A stretch of 61,697 nt of DNA from a virus (IMGVR_UViG_3300047550_003451:1-61697), one strand, 5' to 3'; counted from the stretch's first letter, positions 42,766 through 52,971 are shown. Notes: generated from the letters alone by a model not told the origin. A program made the numbers and translations.

Positions 42766-43152
42766 TCAGACGCGCAAATCGCGTCTGACTGTTCTTTCTA
42801 TCAGTTTCAAGATTTCCTGTTGCTGATGGGGAGTGACAGGCGTTGTTTGTAGAATCTGTGCATCGTCAAACAATCCTTGGATCTGATCAATTGCTTGTTG
42901 CTGATTGGGTGCAATTACAAATGTCATCAAGTGGATGTCAGCAATAAAATTATTTTGGATATGTTCCAGCAACTGAGAGTTTTGCGATATCCACGCCTGC
43001 TCCAATGTTTGCTGCGTGACATTCATGGTGCTGACGCTGTGTGTACGTGGATGGTAGTCCGTGCCCTCTTTCAATATCCAAAAATCCCATGGAGTTTGGA
43101 TCTCTTTTTCACTCCATGTGCGCCATTTAATATAATATATTTGTTCCATCAT
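42766..43152 (-). CDS. Hypothetical protein (in frame with upstream tnpB remnant)
   Basis: Probable start MMEQIYY; the preceding 33 aa of the tracked ORF are TnpB-derived. Confidence 0.55.
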   Translation of the reverse strand: MMEQIYYIKWRTWSEKEIQTPWDFWILKEGTDYHPRTHSVSTMNVTQQTLEQAWISQNSQLLEHIQNNFIADIHLMTFVIAPNQQQAIDQIQGLFDDAQILQTTPVTPHQQQEILKLIERTVRRDLRV

Positions 43153-43433
43153 TGCTGTATCCAAGTCACTTATGCTAGGTTGTAGCACTTGACTGTAGGT
43201 ATCTGATAACCACAGGTTGTGCTTCTTCAATTCAGTCAGTTGTTTGCACATGTCAAACTGCCAAACAAACTTTTTGGTATTGGCATATTCATCAATGTTG
43301 ATCTTGAGTTAATAATTGTATAGATATCACACTGCTCCAACCACAGAACGCATTTGTTGCTGCTGTTGTGGGGTTGGATAAATCCTGTATCGATAAATCT
43401 ATTTATATAATTCAATCACAAGCCTCTATCCAT
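43153..43433 (-). pseudogene. tnpB: tnpB N-terminal remnant with left-end remnant
   Basis: YRYRIYPT/QQQQQMRSVVGAV*YLYNY*LKI...MCKQLTELKK..WL..YSQVLQ.SI.DLD.A; inner left-end sequence GATGGATAGAGGC upstream. Confidence 0.8.
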
Positions 43434-43516
43434 CATAAATAGAGTAAAAGCTGCTATCCATGCACGGTGTATAATTATTTGGCTGGTGACAGCAGAATTA
43501 AATTTATGGGGTACTC

Positions 43517-45460
43517 ATGAATCTGTTACAGGAATACCAAAATAATTTTCGTCAAGTGCAACAACAGGAATATTCCCTGCTGGAATATTTGGAATTATGC
43601 AAACAAGACCCATTGGCTTATGCAACTGCGGCTGAACGAGTGTTGAATGCCATTGGTGAACCCACTGTGATTGACACCAGCAAAGAAGACAGATTGAGTC
43701 GCATATTCATGAATAGAACAATTCAAGTATGGCCTGAGTTTGCTGAATTTTACGGCATGGAAGAAACTATAGAACGAGTGGTGGGTTATTTCAAACATGC
43801 AGCACAAGGCCTGGAAGAAAAGAAGCAAATCTTGTATTTGTTGGGGCCTGTGGGCGCAGCCAAAAGCAGTTTGGCTGAAAAAATCAAAAGCTTGGTAGAA
43901 CGGCACCCCATTTATGTTCTCAAGGCGCAATCCATGATCAGCCCAGTTTTTGAAAGCCCATTGGGATTGTTTGATCCTCATTCAAATATTACACAAAAAA
44001 TACAACAGACCTATGAAATTCCTGCGAGATATTTTACTGGACTGCCCAGTCCATGGGCACTCAAGAGGTTGCAGGAAATGCAGGGAGATATCAATCAATT
44101 CTCTGTGGTTAAAATTTGGCCCAGCAAACTCAATCAGGTGGCTGTGGCAAAAACTGAACCTGGTGATGAAAACAATCAGGACATCAGTTGTTTGGTTGGT
44201 AAAGTGGATATCCGTCAATTGGAACACTACAGTCAAAATGATCCTGACGCCTACAGTTACAGTGGGGCGTTGTGCAGAGGCAATCAGGGTGTGACTGAGA
44301 TGGTGGAAATCTGGAAAGCCCCCATCAAGGTTTTGCATCCTTTGTTGACTGCTACTCAGGAGGGCAACTATGTGGGCACGGAAGCCATAGGAGGAATACC
44401 CTTTCAAGGTATAGTGTTTGCTCACAGCAATGAGAGTGAATGGCAAACTTTCCGTAATAATAAAACCAATGAAGCCTTTCTGGATCGCATTTGTGTGATC
44501 AAAGTACCCTATTGTTTGCGTACAACTGAGGAACAAAAGATCTACGAAAAATTGTTGCGTAACAGCAGTTTGGGTCATGCCCCATGTGCACCCAAAACCT
44601 TGGAAATTCTCAGTCAATTTTGTGTGCTCACCAGGCTGCGTGATCATGAAAACAGCACACTGTGGAGCAAAATGCGAGTTTACAATGGTGAAAATATACG
44701 GGACACTGATCCACGCGCCAAAACCATCGTAGAATACAAAGAAACTGCTGGTGTGGATGAAGGCATGGAAGGCATCAGCACCAGGTTTGCATTCAAAATA
44801 CTCAGTCAAACTTTCAATTTTGACACACATGAAGTGGCTGCAGATCCAGTGCACCTCATGTATGTTTTGGAGCAAGCAATCAAAAGAGAACAATATCCAG
44901 AAGAACAACAAAACAAATATTTGGAATTTATCAAATCCCATATTACTCCCAAATACATGGAATTTTTGGAAAAAGAATTACAAAAAACGTATTTGGAAAG
45001 TTATGATGAATATGGTCAAAATATCTTTGATAGATACACAGCCTATGCAGATGCGTGGATCAGCGACGCTGATTACAAGGACCCTGACACAGGACAAATG
45101 CTCAATCGAGATCATCTAAACCGGGAATTGGAAAAAATTGAAAAGCCGTCAGGTATTGCCAATCCTCGTGATTTTCGCCATGAGTTTGTTAATTACGTGC
45201 TGAGAGCCAGAGGACGTGTGGAGAATGCAGGCAACAATCCCAAATGGACTGATTATGAAAAATTCCGCCAAGTGATTGAGAAAAAGATTTTCAGCAGCAC
45301 AGAAGAATTACTGCCAATCATCAGTTTTGGTAGCAAAAAAAGCAGTGAAGACATGGCAAAACATGAGGGGTTTGTGCAACGCATGGTATCTCAAGGTTAT
45401 ACTGCCACTCAGTGCAGAAGACTTGTGGAATACTATATTAGGCAAAGCAAAAGCAGCTGA
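43517..45460 (+). CDS. yeaG: PrkA/YeaG family AAA+ Ser/Thr kinase
   Basis: AAQGLEEKKQILYLLGPVGAAKSS, EPGDENNQDIS.LVGKVDIR, HPLLTATQEGNY, NEAFLDR. Confidence 0.95.
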   Translation: MNLLQEYQNNFRQVQQQEYSLLEYLELCKQDPLAYATAAERVLNAIGEPTVIDTSKEDRLSRIFMNRTIQVWPEFAEFYGMEETIERVVGYFKHAAQGLEEKKQILYLLGPVGAAKSSLAEKIKSLVERHPIYVLKAQSMISPVFESPLGLFDPHSNITQKIQQTYEIPARYFTGLPSPWALKRLQEMQGDINQFSVVKIWPSKLNQVAVAKTEPGDENNQDISCLVGKVDIRQLEHYSQNDPDAYSYSGALCRGNQGVTEMVEIWKAPIKVLHPLLTATQEGNYVGTEAIGGIPFQGIVFAHSNESEWQTFRNNKTNEAFLDRICVIKVPYCLRTTEEQKIYEKLLRNSSLGHAPCAPKTLEILSQFCVLTRLRDHENSTLWSKMRVYNGENIRDTDPRAKTIVEYKETAGVDEGMEGISTRFAFKILSQTFNFDTHEVAADPVHLMYVLEQAIKREQYPEEQQNKYLEFIKSHITPKYMEFLEKELQKTYLESYDEYGQNIFDRYTAYADAWISDADYKDPDTGQMLNRDHLNRELEKIEKPSGIANPRDFRHEFVNYVLRARGRVENAGNNPKWTDYEKFRQVIEKKIFSSTEELLPIISFGSKKSSEDMAKHEGFVQRMVSQGYTATQCRRLVEYYIRQSKSS

Positions 45461-46749
45461 TGAGTACTATAATTGACCGGCGTCTCAATCAGGGGCAAAA
45501 AAATCTAAGCAACAGGCAAAGATTTATCAAACGCAGCCGGGAGCATATACAAAAAAGCATACGTGAAAATTTACAAAATCGCAGCATACAGGATGTACAC
45601 AGTGGTGAAAAGGTCAAAGTTCCCACTGACAGTATTAGAGAACCCACTTTTGGGCATGATTGGCAGTCAGGTACAAAAAAACGTGTGTTACCAGGCAACA
45701 AGGATTATGTGCCCAGTGATCGGATCAGTCGTCCAGAGGGACAAGGATCCGGATCAGGCACTGGAAACCAGGCCAGCAACGATGATCAAACATTTGAGGA
45801 TGATTTTGCCTTTACGTTGACCAAAGAGGAATTTTATGATCTGTTTTTTGAAGATTTAGAATTGCCTGATCTTGTCAAAAAACAACTCAAACAAACCAGC
45901 AAATGGGAAGTCAGACGCGAAGGCATCAGCACTGTGGGCAACCCCAGCAACTTGAATGTCATACGCACAATGAAAAGCAGTTTGGGTCGTAGATTGGTTT
46001 TGCGTAAACCACATGAAAAACAGTTGCAAGATCTCATGGATCAACTGGATCAACTGGATGAGCTTGACCCACTTCGTCCGCAGTTGGAACAACAAATACA
46101 AGCACTCACAAGCAAAGTGCGCAGTGTGTCTTATGTGGATCCCATTGATTTGCGATACAATGTTTTCAACAAACGTAGAGTACCCAGCACCAGTGCAGTG
46201 ATGATTTGCATCATGGATGTGAGTGGCAGCATGGATGAACACAAAAAAGATTTGGCCAAAAGATTTTTCATGCTGCTGTATTTGTTTTTACAAAAAAAAT
46301 ATGAAAATGTGCATGTGGAATTTGTAAGACATCATACTGAAGCCAGTAGAGTGGATGAACATACATTTTTTTACGATAAATTAACAGGTGGTACAATTGT
46401 AAGCAGTGCTCTAGAACTCACCAAAGAACAAATTTTACCAGAATATGATTCTCATACACACAACATTTATATATGTCAGGTGAGTGATGGAGACAATTGG
46501 GAAGATGATAATCCCAAATGTAGACAAATATTACTGGATGATTTGTTGCCCGCTGTACAATATATGGCATATATAGAAATTACTGACAGTAAATTCGCAG
46601 AAGAATATCCATTGCTAAACTACTACAATAGCAGATTGTTTAATACCTACCAAACTGTGCATCATAACAATCCCAAACTACAAATAGCCAAAGTGGCCAC
46701 TGCCAACGACATCTACAAAGTTTTTAGGAACTTGTTCGAGAAAAAATAA
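45460..46749 (+). CDS. yeaH: YeaH/YhbH (DUF444) vWA protein
   Basis: IIDRRLN...NRQRF, DLELPDL, MDVSGSM, SDGDNW. Confidence 0.95.
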   Translation: MSTIIDRRLNQGQKNLSNRQRFIKRSREHIQKSIRENLQNRSIQDVHSGEKVKVPTDSIREPTFGHDWQSGTKKRVLPGNKDYVPSDRISRPEGQGSGSGTGNQASNDDQTFEDDFAFTLTKEEFYDLFFEDLELPDLVKKQLKQTSKWEVRREGISTVGNPSNLNVIRTMKSSLGRRLVLRKPHEKQLQDLMDQLDQLDELDPLRPQLEQQIQALTSKVRSVSYVDPIDLRYNVFNKRRVPSTSAVMICIMDVSGSMDEHKKDLAKRFFMLLYLFLQKKYENVHVEFVRHHTEASRVDEHTFFYDKLTGGTIVSSALELTKEQILPEYDSHTHNIYICQVSDGDNWEDDNPKCRQILLDDLLPAVQYMAYIEITDSKFAEEYPLLNYYNSRLFNTYQTVHHNNPKLQIAKVATANDIYKVFRNLFEKK

Positions 46750-47282
46750 TGGACAGTACAATTGATCAATCATTGTGGGACAAGGGTATTTGTATGGTGT
46801 TTGGAGAAATTGACGATTGTACCAGTCGCCAAGTGGCTGAATTTATTTTACACCATAACCTACAATCAAAGTGTGACCATCTACAGTTGGTGATCAACAG
46901 TCCTGGTGGATGTTTGGTCAACAGTTGGTGTATTGTGGATCTAATAAATATCAGCACATTGCCAGTATATACCTTGGGCATGGGACAGGTCAGCAGTGGT
47001 GCACTGTTGATTCTCATGGCCGGCAAACAGGGACATAGATATGTTAGCAAACATTGCACAATAATGACACATCAATTTATGGGTGAATGCGAAGGCAAAG
47101 TTCATGAATTGCAAGTGGTAATGCAAAATTTCCAAAAATCACATGAACAAATGATTGAATTTTATCAGCAATGCACTCTCTTGTCGCGTGAACAAATTTT
47201 AGAAAAATTGTTGCCTGCACACGATGTTTATTTAGAACCAGAACAAGCCCTGCAAATGGGCATGGTTGATAGGATAGTATAG
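46749..47282 (+). CDS. clpP: ClpP-type protease subunit
   Basis: INSPGG, GQVSSGA (Ser), MTHQ (His), HDVYL.PEQAL.MG.VD (Asp). Confidence 0.85.
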   Translation: MDSTIDQSLWDKGICMVFGEIDDCTSRQVAEFILHHNLQSKCDHLQLVINSPGGCLVNSWCIVDLINISTLPVYTLGMGQVSSGALLILMAGKQGHRYVSKHCTIMTHQFMGECEGKVHELQVVMQNFQKSHEQMIEFYQQCTLLSREQILEKLLPAHDVYLEPEQALQMGMVDRIV

Positions 47283-47283
47283 C

Positions 47284-48774
47284 ATGAGCGATCTTTTATT
47301 TGACAGTGATGATTGGACTTTTCCCATGTTGGAAAAATTTATCCTTCATGTGGAAAAAATAGGACGGGAGGATTTGGGCTTTAGCTTGTATCCAAACCAA
47401 ATAGAAGTGATCAGCAGCAGTCAAATGCTGGATGCTTACAGCAGTATTGGTATGCCTGTTATGTACAACCATTGGAGTTTTGGCAAGAAACTCATCCAAG
47501 ACACGAAAAAATATCAAAAAGGTCACATGGGCCTGGCGCTAGAAATAGTGGTCAACACCAATCCTTGTATTGCCTATCTCATGGAAGAGAACAGTAGTAT
47601 GATGCAACTGTTGGTGTTGGCACATGCTAGTGTGGGACACAATTTTTGTTTTGCAAACAATTATATGTTCAAAACATGGACTGATGCAGACAGCATCATT
47701 GACTATCTCAATTTTGCCAAAAATTATATTGCTGAGTGTGAACAAAAATATGGCATGGCTGAAGTTGAGAAAATCTTGGACAGTTGTCATGCGCTCATGC
47801 ACAATGGTGTGGATAAATATACACGTGCACGCAAATTGAATGCCAAACAGGAAGAACAACGGCAACAGGCAAGATTGGCCCACTATGCGCAAACACAAAC
47901 TGAGTTGTGGTATGTGCTGGATCCGCGAAAACAACCAGAAACCACTATGGATACAAACATTCTCACTGAGCCAGAAGAAAACATCTTGTATTTTATTGAA
48001 AAAAATAGTCCCATTCTAAAACCTTGGCAAAGAGAACTGGTGAGAATTGTACGCAAAATCAGTCAATATTGGTATCCACAAATGTTTACCAAAGTTCTCA
48101 ATGAAGGGATAGCCACATTCACACATTATTGGATTCTCAACACAATGTATGATAGAGGCCAACTGTCTGATGGACACATGATGGAGTGGCTAAGCAGTCA
48201 TGCTAATGTTGTGTTTCAACCCAGCTATGATGATCCTAGATTTCAAGGAATCAATCCCTATGCCCTGGGATTTGCAATTTTCAGAGACATACAACGCATG
48301 TGCCTTGATCCTACTCCTGAAGATATACAGTGGTTTCCCAAGTTAAAAAATGCGGATTGGAAAAGTGTTGTTCGTCAAGCTGCCACTGAATATAGAGATG
48401 ACAGTTTTGTTCAACAATGGCTCAGTCCCAAAGTGGCCAGAGACCTCAAATTATTTGGTATTAGAGACAGCCAAGACGAAAATCATATTTGGGTAGACGC
48501 TATCCACAATGAACAAACTTTTGTAAACCTGCGTTTGATGCTATCAGAACAATATGATGTGAATGCACACATGCCCACTATACTGGTCACCAAAGCTGAT
48601 CTAAAAGGAGATCGCACTTTACATTTGGAACATTTGAGACATATGAATCGCGATTTGGACAACAATACTACAACCATCCTTGCCCATGTTCACAGATTGT
48701 GGGGTTATCCGGTCAAACTAAACAGTGTGACTGCCCAAAAACATATCATGCAAACATTCAACTATAGTGGATAA
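47284..48774 (+). CDS. ycgB: SpoVR/YcgB family protein
   Basis: YPNQIEVI...GMP.MYNHWSFGK, NPCIAYLMEEN, NEGIATF.HY, INPYALGF. Confidence 0.95.
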   Translation: MSDLLFDSDDWTFPMLEKFILHVEKIGREDLGFSLYPNQIEVISSSQMLDAYSSIGMPVMYNHWSFGKKLIQDTKKYQKGHMGLALEIVVNTNPCIAYLMEENSSMMQLLVLAHASVGHNFCFANNYMFKTWTDADSIIDYLNFAKNYIAECEQKYGMAEVEKILDSCHALMHNGVDKYTRARKLNAKQEEQRQQARLAHYAQTQTELWYVLDPRKQPETTMDTNILTEPEENILYFIEKNSPILKPWQRELVRIVRKISQYWYPQMFTKVLNEGIATFTHYWILNTMYDRGQLSDGHMMEWLSSHANVVFQPSYDDPRFQGINPYALGFAIFRDIQRMCLDPTPEDIQWFPKLKNADWKSVVRQAATEYRDDSFVQQWLSPKVARDLKLFGIRDSQDENHIWVDAIHNEQTFVNLRLMLSEQYDVNAHMPTILVTKADLKGDRTLHLEHLRHMNRDLDNNTTTILAHVHRLWGYPVKLNSVTAQKHIMQTFNYSG

Positions 48775-48783
48775 ACATACACA

Positions 48784-49014
48784 ATGAGCAAGGAAGATCA
48801 GATACAAGTGCAGGGCACTGTGGTGGAAGTTTGCCCCAATGCCCTGTTTAGAGTCAAGTTAGAAAATCAAGTTGTAATTTTGGCACATATAAGTGGCAAA
48901 CTTAGAATTCATAATATCAACATTCATTTAAATGACGTTGTGACTGTGGAAATGAGTCCTTATGATTGGCAAAAAGGACGCATCATTTTCCGTCAACGCA
49001 GACACAAAACATGA
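48784..49014 (+). CDS. infA: Translation initiation factor IF-1
   Basis: MSKED.I...G.V.E..PNALFRV.LEN...LAHISGK.R...VEMSPYD..KGRI.FR. Confidence 0.95.
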   Translation: MSKEDQIQVQGTVVEVCPNALFRVKLENQVVILAHISGKLRIHNINIHLNDVVTVEMSPYDWQKGRIIFRQRRHKT

Positions 49015-49033
49015 TGGGGATTGTTGATGTTTG

Positions 49034-49073
49034 GTGAACTACTGTTGCGTCTTTAGACGCAACAGGCTTGCGC
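49034..49073 (-). repeat. Solo IS605-type right end (third hairpin variant)
   Basis: GCCTGTTGCGTCTAAAGACGCAACAGTAGTTCAC; a degenerate relative lies at ~16060-16093. Confidence 0.75.
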
Positions 49074-49112
49074 TGCCAAGGACTAAAGCCTTGCCAACCT
49101 ATGCGTGGTCCA

Positions 49113-50171
49113 TCACAGTTTATTATCTTCAAACCATTGCTGAATAATCTTGAGATTGTTTTGTAAACGACTGTCTTGTGGGGCCTTTTGGACTGCATCT
49201 TGGGCGTGTTTGAGAGATTCATGCCTCAAGCTTAGATTCCAAGCAGCAATGGCTGCTAGATCATGGGGTAACCATCCCCATGCTTCTTCGGTACAACTGT
49301 AGTCCATGGGATGGTGTGTGATAGCCAGTGCCCTACACGCATATTTGTAACTTTCACTCCAATTGTTCTCGTGATAATAATGTCTGCTCAGTTCTACCAA
49401 TGGTTCTCTGTGCAGAGGAGTTTCCAAGCATGCGTTTTTCAACCAATAAAGCTTGTTGGCATCGTCCACCTGTGCCAAATGTTGCATGGCCAAACCACGT
49501 TCAACATTCCAACAGGGCATGGTCAAAAATTCTTTGTAAGTTTCCACACTTTTGTCTTTTTGACCTTGATACATGTACTCTCTGCCCAGATATGCGCGTA
49601 TTCTAGCATCACTGGGATTTTCCCTAACAGCTTCTTCCAACAATGCCAGATCACCACTTTTGTTTTTGGCCTCGGGATAATGCAAAATACGCAATTTCTC
49701 ACACGTGGTTTGTGTTTCAGGCAATCGACTGCACAAGCCTTCATGAGTTGCGCCTATCCAGCGGAATCCCTTGCGTGCATGAATTCTATCACCCAGCCAA
49801 GTACGGCCAGGTGTGCCATCTGAATTCCAATTCCAAACATATGTATAGCGCAACCGAGTAGTTTCTGGACTCCAATGGCTTTCAATAAGCTGTCGCCAAC
49901 CCGCTTCCAGTCTTTCGTCCATGTGCAAGCAAATTAGTACATCAGCATCTTCAGGAACCAAGCTCATGGCTATATTATATGCATCATCAAATCGCCAGGG
50001 AATGATTCTTGCGTCATAAACAGTCACGCCTCGTTGCTGCAAAATATCCTTGGTATCATCCTGGCTGCCTGTGTCTATGACTACTCTGTAATCTGCTTCC
50101 ACACAACTGTCAGCCCAGCTAGCTGCGTTTTTTTCCTCATTTTTGCTGGGGGCATAAATTGCTATTTTCAT
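49113..50171 (-). CDS. GT2-family glycosyltransferase with TPR repeats
   Basis: KNEEK, VIDTGSQD, RFDDAYN, MDE, RW.G..HE; C-terminal TPRs. Confidence 0.85.
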   Translation of the reverse strand: MKIAIYAPSKNEEKNAASWADSCVEADYRVVIDTGSQDDTKDILQQRGVTVYDARIIPWRFDDAYNIAMSLVPEDADVLICLHMDERLEAGWRQLIESHWSPETTRLRYTYVWNWNSDGTPGRTWLGDRIHARKGFRWIGATHEGLCSRLPETQTTCEKLRILHYPEAKNKSGDLALLEEAVRENPSDARIRAYLGREYMYQGQKDKSVETYKEFLTMPCWNVERGLAMQHLAQVDDANKLYWLKNACLETPLHREPLVELSRHYYHENNWSESYKYACRALAITHHPMDYSCTEEAWGWLPHDLAAIAAWNLSLRHESLKHAQDAVQKAPQDSRLQNNLKIIQQWFEDNKL

Positions 50172-50286
50172 AATGGTTCCTCAAAGGATGTAGTTTTTTC
50201 TGCAAGATTTTCGATTGCCATTTCAAAATGTGGATACAGCACATAATTTGCACACCTGGATTTGTGTGGTGGACTTCTAATCACAA

Positions 50287-50336
50287 GCCGCTATCCATCC
50301 AGGGTTTAAAGGCGCCTGGCTTTTCCGCGGCGGGAG
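50287..50336 (-). repeat. Solo IS605-type left end
   Basis: CTCCCGCCGCGGAAAAGCCAGGCGCCTTTAAACCCTGGATGGATAGCGGC. Confidence 0.85.
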
Positions 50337-50371
50337 AGAACAATCCACAAACTGACCTTGTGCTTCATATG

Positions 50372-51427
50372 TCAATTGACCTTGCTTTGGGCTATGGACA
50401 GATTGTTCTGTAAGCGTTGGTCCTCTGGATTCAAGGCACATGCCTGTGTAAAATATTCCACGCTTTTGTCCCACAAACACAAATTCCAACAACTTATTCC
50501 TGCCAGATCCCATAATTTGGCCCCCCATGCTTCCACACTATCCAAGTAACTGCCTGTTTTGTGAGTGATTTTCAATGCCTCAGCACTGGCGGCCCAACAG
50601 TTCAACCAATCACATGAATGATAATAGTGCTCTGCCAACTCCAGCCAAGGTTCTCTACGATAGGGTGCTGTGTTACAAGCTGTTCGTAACCAATATATTT
50701 TTTCATTAACCAGGAATCTGCTCAACCATCTTTCTGCCTCGCTTTTTTCAGTAGCCCAAGCATGAGGCATGGCAATAAATTTTTTGAACAAGTCAACAGC
50801 TTGATCTCGATTATTTTGATAAGCATGTTCTCTAGCCAACCAAAACAATGTTTGACTGCAATCGGGATTTTCCAAGTGGCTGAGTTCCAACAAGGGCAAA
50901 TATTGCGACCTACTGGTTTTTTGTGTGTCTTGCTTTTGCCACATGGTCACATTCATATTGGTGACTGTGGTCTCATCCTGTGCGCTAAAAACAGTTTCAT
51001 GCACAGGACGCTTCCATCTATAGCCCCATCTGGCATGGCATTTGTCAGCACTGTAAACATTCAAAGGTTGATCCAGATGGTCAAAACTGTGCACATAGGT
51101 ATATCTCAAACGAGTGGCTCCTGGGATCCAGGATTTTTCCAGCTCATTGCGCCAACCAGGGGCCATCAATTCATCCATGTCCATGCTCAGACAGACATCA
51201 CAATCAGAGGGGAGCAAGCTGAGGGCAATATTTCTTGCATCATCAAATCTCCAAGGACGCACTCCAATTGTGTGCACTTTGACACCGAGATTGGTCAGTA
51301 TTTGAGGCGTATTGTCAGTACTGCCAGTATCTGCAACAACCAGATAATCAGCGTCTCTAACACTATCTGCCCACCTTTGTGCAAACTTGGCTTCATCCAA
51401 TGCAATGGTATAAACTGCGATACGCAC
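50372..51427 (-). CDS. GT2-family glycosyltransferase with TPR repeats (paralogue)
   Basis: VADTGSTD, RFDDARN, MDMDE, RW.RPVHE; TPRs; AAGGAG RBS. Confidence 0.87.
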   Translation of the reverse strand: MRIAVYTIALDEAKFAQRWADSVRDADYLVVADTGSTDNTPQILTNLGVKVHTIGVRPWRFDDARNIALSLLPSDCDVCLSMDMDELMAPGWRNELEKSWIPGATRLRYTYVHSFDHLDQPLNVYSADKCHARWGYRWKRPVHETVFSAQDETTVTNMNVTMWQKQDTQKTSRSQYLPLLELSHLENPDCSQTLFWLAREHAYQNNRDQAVDLFKKFIAMPHAWATEKSEAERWLSRFLVNEKIYWLRTACNTAPYRREPWLELAEHYYHSCDWLNCWAASAEALKITHKTGSYLDSVEAWGAKLWDLAGISCWNLCLWDKSVEYFTQACALNPEDQRLQNNLSIAQSKVN

Positions 51428-51440
51428 ACTAACTCCTTGT

Positions 51441-51742
51441 GTGAAGTACCACGCCCTAAGGGCTGTGGCTTCCTGCTAGATTCCAGTTCACCTTTAGCCA
51501 ATGAGTTTAGGCATTGGTGTGTTCCGGTCCACAGGTGAAATTTTTTTACGGACTCAGGGCACTTCCTGCCCTAGTCCCTGCGATATTGCTACCGGTATAT
51601 TCCAAGCCCGCGAGGGCTCTTGCTACATCACTAATACTAATTATACATAGAGGTTAACACAAATGCAATATGTATCAAAAAAATATTTCAATCACAAGCC
51701 ACTATCCATCCATGGCCCAAAGGCGCCCTGGCTTTCCGCGGC
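51441..51742 (-). mobile_element. Non-autonomous IS605-type MITE with omegaRNA-like scaffold, copy 3 (left tip eroded)
   Basis: Same internal sequence as copies 1 and 2; right end GTGGTACTTCAC abuts the GT gene RBS. Confidence 0.86.
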
Positions 51743-51753
51743 ATAAAACAAAA

Positions 51754-52221
51754 TTAATTTTTGAACAACCCCACATGATCACTACAAATACCCACACATG
51801 GTTTGTCAGCTATCCAGGATACCAATTTCTTAGGATCAATCACATGTTCAGGCATAACAGCAATGCTCCAGGTGGTAAGCTGAGCCTGTGGATGTGTCCA
51901 CCAATAACCCCAGCTTGTGAGAACACGAGAATCATCTTGATGCCAAAAGTAATTCAATCTAGCACTAGTCATGTACATCTGATTGAGATAATTACATGCT
52001 TCTAGATCTTTGGCATGAATCCACAAACGTGGATTGAGCAAAAAACTGTTGTCAATTTTGTAATCACATGAATCATGTCCCAAATACAACTGATGGTCCT
52101 TCATTCGAAGATCAATTTCTACATTAAATCCCAAATCTAATGCTACTAGCACCTGTTGTGGATGGTTTTCTCTATCTTTGTTGGGACCTTCCCATAAACC
52201 TCTATGAGCTATTAACAACAT
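51754..52221 (-). CDS. Small glycerophosphodiester-phosphodiesterase-like protein
   Basis: IAHRG, EN, VEIDL, LGHD, WIHAK, GICSD. Confidence 0.7.
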   Translation of the reverse strand: MLLIAHRGLWEGPNKDRENHPQQVLVALDLGFNVEIDLRMKDHQLYLGHDSCDYKIDNSFLLNPRLWIHAKDLEACNYLNQMYMTSARLNYFWHQDDSRVLTSWGYWWTHPQAQLTTWSIAVMPEHVIDPKKLVSWIADKPCVGICSDHVGLFKN

Positions 52222-52271
52222 GTGGAATTGTTGGCAATTTATTGCTGCAAGGTCAATATTTCCTCTAAAAG

Positions 52272-52961
52272 TCAAGGCATAATATGTGTTTCTCTAACTA
52301 TCCCATTATGCCACGTGTGTTCTTTAATTGGCAAGTTATGATATGCCAAATGTGCTCTCACGAACAATTCGCTACAAAAATCAATCTTGTGATAGTTGTA
52401 TAAAAAAGGAATGTTGTCCACCAAATCGCCATATAATGTCATATTGTCACTGTTGCCATAGGCAAATTGATCATTAACTCCCACCAAGTCCCACCCCATT
52501 CCGTGAAAATGGAATTTGTGTCCTGCTAGTGTGGGGGTGTATGCCAAATTTATGGCATCATTAATTTCCAGATCCACACTAGCCAAAAACCAGTCAAATC
52601 TAGCCCTAATGCACACATCATATTTGAATCCCTGCTGTATTTCCCACTGCCTTCGCAAGTGCTGACTGCGTTGAACACTGGTGAATTGACTGATCACTGA
52701 TTGTGGACTAGTACGGTGAGGCCAAATACGTTCGGTGTAACCACTCACATTAAAGTCAGGCATAGAATCCATGGTCAATATGATTGGGTTGTATGCTCTT
52801 TGGATAATTTGTTGGGTTTTCCAGTTTATTTGATAATTTTGCGTTTGCCAACAATGTACAAAAACGTCAGCACAATAGGGATCCAGTATACTGTTTTTCC
52901 AAAAACTGACAGTTCTTTCCAAATATCTAGGAAAACCACTAAAACACAAGGCAACTTTCAT
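52272..52961 (-). CDS. Putative glycosyltransferase-like sugar-modifying enzyme
   Basis: KVALCFSG.PR, DVF.H.W, YDVCIRARFD, NDQFAYG. Confidence 0.6.
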   Translation of the reverse strand: MKVALCFSGFPRYLERTVSFWKNSILDPYCADVFVHCWQTQNYQINWKTQQIIQRAYNPIILTMDSMPDFNVSGYTERIWPHRTSPQSVISQFTSVQRSQHLRRQWEIQQGFKYDVCIRARFDWFLASVDLEINDAINLAYTPTLAGHKFHFHGMGWDLVGVNDQFAYGNSDNMTLYGDLVDNIPFLYNYHKIDFCSELFVRAHLAYHNLPIKEHTWHNGIVRETHIMP

Positions 52962-52971
52962 TTTCTTATCT

